Assembly: GCA_036172245.1 (NCBI GenBank)
Contig: JAYWIR010000002.1
Span: 1,798,001 to 1,862,000 of the forward strand
DNA length: 64,000 bases
Origin: Raillietiella orientalis
Taxonomy: Eukaryota
Direction of reading: 5' to 3'
This document shows, one piece after another, positions 11,301-22,312 of the stretch (position 1 is the first letter of the stretch; every line of letters starts with the position of its first letter). The notes below the pieces were generated by a model. That model was not told where the DNA came from. It worked only from the letters and a program-made list of their open reading frames with translations, and did no database searches. The translations under genes and the position numbers were made by a program.

Positions 11301-14300
11301 CTGGGGAAAAGCATGGGGAAATAATCAATTACCACGTACTTTCAATAGAAGTTGTACTATGTCGTATTTTCCCTTGGCAGCTGCTTCATGAAAGGGAGTA
11401 AACTTCCAAAAATCACATGTATTGACACAAGAGCCATGTTTTACCAAAAGTTCAGCAACTTCATAATGACCATATGAACAAGCATTGTGCAAAGGTATCA
11501 AACCTCTAAAACTTAAACAATAAAATAATAGAAAAAAAACAGTACAAGTACCCATTGTCTCTAGCATGTACATCTGCCCCATGATTAAGCAAATATTTAA
11601 CAACTGAAACACGGCTGTAACCAGCAGCAAAATGCAATGGTGTAGAATGCCTTAAAAGTTGTAAGTATAAAAAAAAAATACAATGCTTCTTTTCTTCTAC
11701 CTTCCATACAGATCTCTACAATTCACAAGATGTGGATATGAATGCAAAAGTTTTTTAATGGTTTCTAAATCACCAGCCTTAGCAGCTTCCAAAATTGCAA
11801 TCTCAGCATCAATTTGCATATTGGGGATACCACCTAACGAAATAAGCGAGTTATTTCAAATAAAATTCAACTATTCACTTAATACATAAAGTACTTTGTA
11901 GCTTACTCTGTAGTAACTTGTAAACATTCCCAGAAGCAACCTGAGCAGCTGTGTATCCTTGCAAAGATACAATCTGAAGATCAATTCCATGTGCTAAAAG
12001 AAAACGACAGGAATTCACGTTGCCATCTCTTGCACATCGATGTAGAGCTGTCTGACCCAAACCATCAAGTATGTTAATTTTGGCACCACTTTTCAACAGA
12101 ACTTCCATAATTTCAAAATGGGAGCGATCTGCTGCAACATGAAGAGGTGCTAAAAAATCTTTGCTTCTCTCATTGATATTAGCTCCCTTCCTTATCAGTA
12201 ATTCTGTGACTTGTTTGCTTTTGGGAGAACTAGAAGCAGCTGCAGAGTGCTAAAACAAATGCCCATTATTTAATTTGAAAAGTTGCTCTCAACAGTTAAA
12301 AATTCATTACATTATCATAAGCACTCCCCAACTGTTTTTTATTGTGACAAGTCTCCAGTCAATTATCAGAATAAGCAAACACAACAATAAAAAATTGAAG
12401 AAAAAAATTAGGAACAAAGTTTAAAAAACAATCCAAACTTTTACCATGCCATAGGTTCATTGGATATTGATTTTTTTTTTTTTTTTTTTTTTTTTTTATA
12501 GAAGTTTCTCTATTTTATTAGTGGAAAATTGAAAATCCTAACTCACCAATGGTGTGATTCCAGAATAAAGATGTTTAAAATTAACTACATCAAAACTTAG
12601 ACATTTTTTTACTTTAGTAATATCTGCTTGCTTGGAAGCATCAATAAGACAGTGACCTTTATATTCAAACATAAGTCTTTCTTGTAATTCTTTACATGGT
12701 GTAACATCAATTGCAGATTTGCAATGAAAATTGAGCAACAGAGGATCAGCGCCATAACAAAGAAGTAAGGAACATACTTCAGTTCTAATTTTGGATGCTG
12801 CTTCATGTAATGGTGTGAACTGCCACAAATCCATTGCATTAACATTAGCTCCATGTTTAATGAGGAGCTCTGCGATTTCAAAATGACCATAAGAGCATGC
12901 ATTGTGCAATGGCACTAAACCTCTAAGATACAAAAATTAATGTAAATATATTAGATAAAACAATGTAAGCATTTATAGAAATTCATTACTTCTATTTGTG
13001 ACTACCACAGAAAAATGTTCTAACAAAAGACAAAAAAAAGCTATGATGGTAAGAACCAGGAGCAGCATTCCTTAATTTTAGGTCCTTTAAATTGGATTTC
13101 AAAGTAAAATCATGACCCAGAATTTGAAAGAGGATTATAAAAACGATGAACAGTATTAAGTAGAGACCAAAATTCCAGAAATTTATTCATGAAACTTATA
13201 GAAAGATTGGATCAAAGAAATTTTGGTTGAAAATTACTATGGATACAAACATTGTAACTTATTAGGCACAGTTAGAAATACAAAGAATATGTTGAAAAAT
13301 TTTCAATATTTCAAAATATGCAATTGATTTACGCTGCTGTATCAGTTGCACAGCATGTAAAACGAAGATGACAATTAAAACATTTTAAACACAAGAAGAC
13401 CAAATTGAATTTGTTCAAGATGTTTATTTACTTTTGTAATCCAAAGCAAAAGGCAAAATCTTGAACAAATTCAAATAAATAGCCATACTAATTATTTAAA
13501 CAAATTGTAATTTGAAACTGAATTGGAAACAAGAGCTCAGCCTATAGCTGTTGTAGATTAGCAATACCCTGAAAAGCATCAAAATAATACGTACTTAAGC
13601 ATAATTTTGAATTTAACCTCATTATTTTGGAAAATGAATCTGAACTAACATGAACACAAATTTCTAATAGAAATATCAACTTCTAAAAACGCTGAATCCT
13701 TTACACACGCATGCATCAATCATACTGGTGACTTTGCAGTACCAAAAAGTTTATAACAGGAACTGGTATGCACTAGGAAAATTAGATATGGTTTAGTTAT
13801 CTACACAAATCAACATACTTATGTGTCCACCAAGTACAAACTCCCCAGTCCTAAAAAGCGAAAACATCCACATAGAAAAGTTGTCTTATGCATAAGTGTA
13901 TAACAAAGATCACACTGGAGTACATTGCTATGCAAAGGTCATCACGAAATTCCTCTGCAAAGGTGGCATTAATGATAATATCAAAATAAAATGAAATTGA
14001 AAAACATTAATTTTACCCAGAATTGGTACCCTGCAACATTAAGAAACATCATCAGAAAAGCCCAACATGTGTAATCAGAATCACAGTAGAAATACTTTTG
14101 CACATGATCCCACTAAATTGTAAGTCATAAATAAAAAGCACATGATTCAACTAAACTGTAAGTAATAAAGAAAAATAACTTCTGTGAAAATACTGTAACT
14201 TGTAAAATTATTGTGAAATCAATCCAAGAATATTTTCATGAAGCAATTCAAATTATTTCCTTCTTCTAATGCTGAGTATATGCACTCGATAAATTTGAAC

Positions 14301-17300
14301 AGCTGCCATTAAACAAACTATCTTGGTTATTAATTTGAATTTGAATACTATGTAACAAAACTAATGTTGATGCTTCACAAATTCACTATCATAATATCAA
14401 TACATAATAAAAGACACTCAATGCAAAAAAATGATTGCAACCACAGTGCAACCAAACAGTTACTTTAATGATCCTTATTAAAATGCACCTAAGTAATTTA
14501 CAATTCGCTGAAGGGAAAGTTTTTGGTTGAAATAGTTACCAGAAATCAAAAAGTAACCACAAATAACACAAGACACTGTAGGATAAAGAGAGAAAATTGT
14601 CACAATAATCAAGTGTCAAATTTCAAGGAGAAATACAGAGAAGAAATGCCATCAAATTTAAGGGGGAGACATATTTCTAGAGGAATTCATTACAGTGCAA
14701 TTAAAAACTGTCAAAGATAGTTAATAAAGATCCTACACAGTATATAATCTGCTATAAAATAAGTGCTCGTGTAGTAGTAGAAAAAAAACATTAAACTAAT
14801 AGTAGTGATGATAACATTTAATTAGTAGAAGTAGAATTTGTCGAAATGCACAATAATGTACAACCACCCACCCATGATCTCATTTTCCTCAGAATCAAGC
14901 GTACATTTTATGCAAACTTACATTGGAAATGACACTAGGAATTACAATTGCTACACATATTGTGATTTACTTTCACATTCATTAATTTGCAATCCCAAAG
15001 TGATAAAAGGAGAAGTGGACTAGAAAAAACAAAAAAAAAAAAGGAAACAAAACATTTGGAAAGAAGACCCTTCCAAATAGATAGAAGCAGATCAAGAACT
15101 TTAACAAAGGGGTCAATTTACCTACTGTGTACAATAGCACTAGCATTACAACCCTATATGATTCTATTCACATTTGTTACAACAAACAAGTCAGAATCCA
15201 GGACCCAGCTTACCCTTTGTCTTTGGCATGAACATCAGCACCATGCTGCAGCAACAGCTGTACAATTCTCAAGCGATTATAGCCAGCAGCTAAATGCAAT
15301 GGAGTACTTCGACGTCCATCATTAGCATGACAATTCACATTTAAAGGTGTCAATAAAAAAATAAGTTCTTCCTCATTTCCAGTGCGTGCTGCTGCCAAAA
15401 GTTCATCTTTTTTGTATTCACCAGTGAAGACAGTTTTGTTTACTTCGTCAGCTAAATCAAATGGAGTTTTTCCATGGATGTTGCAAATGTTTGGGTCTGC
15501 ACCATGTTGTAAAAGAGCTACAATTTATGGATAAATTCATTACAAGTCTTAATTTACACAAATTTGCGATAAAGAATTACATATTCTTATTGCTAAAACA
15601 TTCAAGTAGATACTTACAGTCTATATGAAAACATAGCAGTATTTAAATTGTATATTGTTATAAAGACTGTAAGTATCCACCATAAATTATAAATCAAAGT
15701 AATTATGAGATTCTGAAATATCCTTATAGCATCTTATATGATTCTACCATACTTTATCACAGACCAAAATCCTTGAGCAATCAGTAACATGAGGAAAAGC
15801 CATGATAAAAACAAAATGATTACAAAGTGATCATAATAATATGGTGGCTTTTGCAAAAAATATGGTCATAAGCAACCGAAATACAACCATTATTTACCGT
15901 TTTTCGGATTTTTCCAAAAGTACAATGAAATCCGAAAGTGAAAAATTACAAAGTAAAAAACTCAAGCACAAATAAGAAGATATTGTGCACTAAAACATCA
16001 AAACTTTTGGAGATAATTTTATTCTATAAAATAAATGAAAAACACAAAAAAGTAATTTTTCCCATTTTTTTACATTTTAATTAAGTTTTATAGTATAAAA
16101 CTCTGTTACCATGTATAGGTCATTTAATAAATATCATTAATAGATTCTATTCCAAAGACTACAAACATTCTTAATAAGGATCACTACAAATAATAGATTT
16201 ACTTAGAATTACATAAGTTTTAAAGATATCAAGACATTACATTCAGCAGAATTACACCAGGGCAAGCACAGGCAATGATAATGAATGATTCAGGGCATTA
16301 CAAAATATGCTTTTGTGCATAATTAAAAAAGCCACTACTAATTACCGGAATCACTTAATCTTTGAATCATAAACCAGAATCCTTTGATCACAGACAGTCA
16401 TCAATCTAGATTGGGAGATTAATCGATACATTGCAGCGAACAATTATAAAAAATATAGAGTATAAAACACAGCAAATAAAATGGTGCCATTTGTAGTTAA
16501 GCCATGCTTTCAGAGGAACATAAAATTGCAAAAACCTTTGCATTAGATTAGCCATGAATCTGGTAATTTTTATATTAACTGATGGTACGAAATCAGCATT
16601 CCTATATCTACTATGTAGCTACAAACTAATTTTAAAATAAATAAAATTAATGCATACAAAAATACGATACACATAAAAAACATCCTGCCATAAATAGGGA
16701 TTAAGGCACATTTTAATTTTCAATCGTTATTTCAGCTATATTTCATTAGTAATTATAATTTTAGAAGGAATGATTATTTTCAAAAATTCCACATTCTATC
16801 CCACAATAAAAATTTATTCAAGAATAAGTTTTTAATGCAGGATCACCACTATGATCCACTATGACTAGTTTGAAGTGAGAAACAACTCATCAAAATGTTA
16901 CATTACAAATTGCACTCAAGAGTACAGATCCCAAAGCTGAAATTGTATCTAGGGACTTTTCATTTCTGTATCACATTCACAAGAGATTCCCATTAACACA
17001 AAGAGTCCGGGGAAGAAAAAATTTACAGAATTTTTCATGCAGAATCATTCAGTTATATGACAGATTTTACAGAATTTTTTGTGAGGTCTGAGTACATATT
17101 TAAGAATCACATATTCTACATAAATACCTACAATACTTTGCTATATATTACACATGAAATCTAGTTAATAGTCTTCAAGGAGAACCACATCTAAAAATAA
17201 TTCAGGAATTGTTTAACATCTAAGAATTGCCAACGCTCATAGTGTTTTTTAAATAAGCACTATGAAAATGCACATTTAAATATGTTGATTACAGACTCAA

Positions 17301-18090
17301 AGGTATAGGGCAAAATTCATACCAATGCAGACATCGACTTTTCCTTTGCTTGCAGCTTCATGTAATGAGTTATAATTCCAGTTATCACCTGTATTAGCAT
17401 TTGCACCTGCTTTAAGGAGTAAATTCACAACCTCCAGATGGCCAAAAGAACAAGCATTATGTAGGGGAATCAAACCATCTTCATCACATGCATGGACATT
17501 TGCTCCCAAAGAAAGTAAATATTCGACAATATCTTTCCTTCCAAAACCTAGAATTTTTTCAACATAATTCTGCTAATTTTTGTCAAAAGCAAATTAAGAA
17601 TTTAAGGAACATCAGTCTTAGTGCCTAAATGTTACTCGGTTATCTCGATTTGAAATTAGAAATACAACTCATGTCACTTGTTATCAAATTCTACGGCAGA
17701 CTGCTGTTAGATAAACGCAAAATTATTCATTTCTTTAAGCAACTTGAAATTTCATAAATCAGAAAAATTAAAACTCAAGAATAAATGTTGAAGAAACTTC
17801 GATCACTACTCACTGATTTCGGCGCTTTTGCTAGCTTTGGGCATTAACTTTTAAAAGTAACTAATACAAGGAGTGAAAGCTTAGCAAAGAAAGCACACTA
17901 AACAATTTCTGATCTTACCTGCAGCAAAATGCAAAGGTGTTGATTTCCTTCCTGATACATCGCTAATATTAACATTCAGTGAATTTACATACAACTTAAC
18001 AAGAGCTGTATCACCATTTTTACATGCTTCAAAAATGTCTACAACAATATTACTTACTTTTTCGCTGTTCACAGTTACATTTGAGGACAT
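8363..18090 (-). CDS. TNKS: Tankyrase (poly-ADP-ribosyltransferase; ankyrin repeat clusters + SAM + PARP domain), 17 coding exons, ~1148 aa
   Basis: GT-AG exons with consistent phases: 18090-17919, 17547-17323, 15517-15214, 12922-12547, 12249-11907, 11833-11701, 11650-11552, 11505-11340, 10927-10708, 10661-10429, 10381-10008, 9955-9795, 9755-9610, 9564-9381, 8853-8745, 8699-8543, 8407-8363 (sum 3447 nt). Tankyrase ANK motifs ([38 protein letters not shown]), SAM domain ([32 protein letters not shown]), PARP domain with intact H-Y-E triad ([25 protein letters not shown]) and the CxxHxxxxCxxC zinc motif ([12 protein letters not shown]). Confidence 0.97.
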
Positions 18091-18096
18091 TGAGTT

Positions 18097-18158
18097 CTAC
18101 ATATGACCAGGGCAGTGTCCGCACATAAACAACCACTTACTACAAGATTACCACTTAC
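18097..18158 (-). other. Probable 5'-UTR intron of tankyrase with two tandem GTAAGT donors
   Basis: Minus-strand GTAAGTGGT starting at 18158 and at 18140; acceptor ATGTAG ends at 18097, 6 nt before the ATG at 18090. Confidence 0.5.
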
Positions 18159-18199
18159 GCTGTTTGCTTCCAAAAATAACACCCGTTTGCTCCCTACTC

Positions 18200-18700
18200 T
18201 CAAACAGAAATGCTAACAAGCGCTAAACAATTTTCTTCCTTTACATTTAGACGTTTTAGATTGCTCGAAAATTATTTGGAAGCAATCTGTGAAGCATTCG
18301 AGATCTATTCTGTTAAGTTTACATAACTTCTGAATACTTTCACTATACAAAACAACTGAGCTTCTAGTGAACACAAACATCGCGGTAGGAATTTATCACC
18401 CGGATATGACGGGGCATTTATTATTCTAATTTCTTACAAAATTAGATAATAAAGTCCATAGACATTGTCTGTCGTGGTAGAACACTTGGTTCTACCACGC
18501 TTGAAGACTTGTCGTGAGCCGGTGCTACGACCTGCGAAGTCCTCTCCCGAGGAGAAAAATTATGCCCTTAAAGAATTTCACTTACAATTTGTAGCTTTGG
18601 TGCAGCCTCCTAAATGAATTTTTCTTAAAATGAAATTTAGAATTCGTTGCAAGCTACAATGTCAAAATTTCGTTTCTTTTGTTTTTCAGTGAGATTTGGA
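18200..18700. promoter_or_regulatory. Probable promoter region of tankyrase, possibly bidirectional with OAT
   Basis: Directly upstream of the tankyrase 5' end. CpG-containing segment in otherwise CpG-poor DNA; the two genes are divergently oriented. No TSS evidence. Confidence 0.35.
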
Positions 18701-20194
18701 AATCATGCAGAACAGAATATGCTTCAGACTGTGGGATGAAATTCTCACCCATGCATTTTTTTACATTTTTCTGAAAGATTGTGTTTAAAACAAAATTGTG
18801 TGAGATATTTTTTTGTTTTTCATATTCATTAAATGAAATGAAATTGGATTTTTTTCGAAGTGATATGAAATATTTTTTGAAGTGGCATTTCTCATGAAAA
18901 TTCTTGTAATTTATCTAAAAGGAACCCTCATATCTCTTCTTAAATGGTGCAAGTCCAAAAAATATTTTGAAAAAATTTGTAAAATGAACAAAGAATAGTA
19001 AAAATAAAAAAAAAAAAAACAAGAAACTATTGATTCCACATTATACTAAGTGCTTTTTACATAGCGAAAGTCTTTAGTATTCATCACTTAATGCTTCAGT
19101 ACATTATAAAAATTCAACATAATTGAGCGACCGATTGATGAAAACCTTTATTATTGTCAATCGCTTGAAATGTTAGCTCAACATGGGTAGATATACAAGC
19201 TTCTTTTTGAATCATTCTCCTTAGCTTTGTTCTTAGGATGACGAACTATGCCAAGACATCAAAATTGCCATGAGCATTAAGGACTTGTTTGAATTCGTGA
19301 TATAGTTATAAAGTATTATTAGACACCTTTTCTGAAACTATGACTATAATCTTGGATCTCAAAAAGCAGCTCGAGGTTTCCTAACTCCTTTCACTTTCTC
19401 TGTTAAGAGTATAATATTTATTGCTATCTCTAATAACATTAATTATGTACCAGTACACGATAGTTCAGTTTTCAGATAGTGATCTTTGACGATCTTAAAT
19501 TGAACGGATTTTTATATTCTCAATGTCCTTTGCATCATTGTTTGCAATGTTTTATGTATGCTACTATGATCAAATACCATAGCTGTGTACCAGTGCAAAT
19601 TCTGAAGCATTGTCTTATTGCTTACACTTTTTATCATGTAGTTCCCAATTCCGTTTATTAATCCAAGTCATTTGATTCTCGTAATACTCGTAATACATTA
19701 CGGTTGTATATGCATAATTAATAATTAGATATAGATCACATGTTAATAATCAATGATACCTTCTACGAGGTAACGCTTCATCCTGCTCAACTGAATGTAC
19801 ACCAAAACATGCTTTTTACATTCTCAGAGGAATTCCTCCTTCTCCTGTTTTCCAGAATTGAGGAAAATATTTTACGTGGATATGCAATCTATTATAATGC
19901 CCAATTTCAGAAATGTATTTCTAATATATATCGTTTTTTAATATTTGCTTTTCATAGCATGTTAAAATGATTAACCGGTAAACAACATTAAGAGTAAATA
20001 CCATCTACTGACACTATACACTCGAATGATTTCGTGTTAATGTAAGCACAGTTTATACATCAGAGAAGTGCGAGCTGCCTGTATCAATCTTTTCCACAAA
20101 TTTCATGTTTTTTCTTCGGGCAAATTTTCAGCTATGTTCTCTAAGCTATGATTACAAAAGAAAGCGGTGGTGGTTAAACTCCGCACAGGCTTTA

Positions 20195-22080
20195 AATTTC
20201 GTTTAAGTTGAACCAAAATTTCCGATTGCTTGGTTCCTGTCTCTCCATAGTGTGTACTCCTCTAATGAAGGTTGACCTCTCCTTACGATTTGAGAAATGC
20301 TCCTCTTTCCTTCTGAGTACTGGTGCATCATGTTTTCTTCGAACGAATAGTCAATTCCCTCTTGGAAGAGTTGGCTATTTATTATTGTCTTCTACAGCTC
20401 TAAGACGCAAATGGAACTTCAGCATCACATAAGTCCAAATGCTAAATCTTGTTATTTCTTGCGTTGAACAAAGTATACTACCGTCCCTACCTTTTTATTT
20501 GCGAGCAGTTCTCGCAGCTTAAGAAAGCACGATTGGTTCCTCCTACTTGATGATTCACTTCATCTTGAAGGTGCAAAACGTTGTAGCGATCGCCCAAGGC
20601 GTGTCTTCACCGCGTTGTTGGCTCATCCATGCTTCCTGGTTCAGTTTTGCTTATTAAAAATTGTGCTCTAATTCTTGGCATTTTGTGTTTCCAATCCCTG
20701 GTTTTATAAGGATACTTTGTAAGAATGTTTTGTAGTACGTGAATGGTTTTAACGTGTGTAACTTGGATCCAACCTCTTGGATCCTTCCATTCGGAACCTC
20801 TGAAAGCAGGGCTTATTGATTATTCGAACTCGTTATCGTAAATCGTTGAATTCCGCATGTCTTGCGAGCAAGGGGCTTGTTTTTGAGTGCTCATAATCTA
20901 CCGTCAGTATCTATGGGAAAGCACCGAAAAGTTCAATAGCATTGCGAAAGAGGTTATTGACCCTGGTCTCTTGAAGTCCCTGGCTGGAGCGACTCTTGCC
21001 TGAAATTTTATCCCCAAGTGCCTTGGTGGCCCACCCATTGGGAAGGAAGGCAGTTATCTCTGGCGACTGATAATTTGTTTGTATCACAAATCTTCCGAGC
21101 TGCCGGTCCCGCGTGTTCAGAACTCGGCGTGGTAGGGTGTGCGTTGGTGTGCTACGCGTTGGTCTTTCTAAGCGGTCCGAATCGAACAACTTGCAGACAG
21201 TAAGCAGGAGGTTCGTGTTGACACTGTCGGTTCGTGTTTGCGTTTGACTTAGGCAGCAGAACATTTGCATGTTCGTAATCTCTGATGAAAAGTGTCGTTG
21301 TGTTTTTGAAGCAAAATCGTTTTAGCCGTATGGCCAGGTGGAGAGTAGGAACTGAACATCGGAGCAACAGCCCCGATTCAGCCTGAAAAGTGTGGTCTTT
21401 CGGGAGAGCCCTCAGGATGTCGATTTCCAGTGTTCCAGTTTGCATCATTGCACAAGAACACGTGTTTGGGAGGATGATTGGGAAGAGTGTAGATAAGGCC
21501 TTCCACGCAATCAGTTCTTCGTACCCCCACAGTCCTCTTGCAGGAATACTAAGTAGGCACCTGTGGACCATTCGCTGCAAGTGTTCCGTGTAGGCCTGCG
21601 TGGCTAACTCTTCGCACGTGGTGTGCGGTCCACGCGCCACATTCGCATCCACAGGCATCTCTGACCCTGTGTGAAGCTGACGGCTGGCTCGTAGGAACTT
21701 GGCGAAAGAAGTTCTGCTCTCGGCATCTGCTTAAAGAACAGCGGTTCATGAATGTAATAAGATCCTTAGGAATACTGAGTGGAGAAGCTGTCTGTTTTCC
21801 GGCACATACTGATTCGGCAGTACCGTGATTTCTGTTGCTATTTCTGTGTTCGGATCACGTAAGGGATACTTTTGTGGGATTTCCAAAAGTCAGATTAGCT
21901 TTATTATCCAATATTCAGTGCTTTGGCTTTCATTTAGTGTGCTGCGTTGCATGGTTAATCCCTTTGGGTAGTCAGTAGGGAGGATGAGTGGACTGTATCT
22001 ATGGGAACAGAGAAGCGGTGCCGAGGTATTAGCGAGCCGTTCAAAGGTTGCTTATGGTTTCAGTCTTTTAAAAGTACGTT
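20195..22080 (-). pseudogene. Possible decayed coding sequence of unknown origin (TE or endogenous viral remnant)
   Basis: One minus-strand frame has only 4 internal stops over ~930 nt (open 21730-21155), overlapped by a second open frame to 20911. Higher GC/CpG than the AT-rich DNA to its left; no recognisable domain. Confidence 0.3.
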
Positions 22081-22312
22081 TACGACCAGTGCCCCATGGT
22101 ATTTACAAATTGCTGAACCTTGAGCTCGTAATCACAAGGAAAGCTTAACAGAGAATGGGATTCATGCATTGAATTTGTAATTGTACGAAAACGATGATGC
22201 CCCGCCGCTATGTTTGCAAATTTCCAAGTATGTGACTTGAACATTTGAATGTGTATTTCTAGTCGTTTGCATTATTTTGGTGTGTTGAAAAGCAACTCGT
22301 GTTGTAAAAAAA

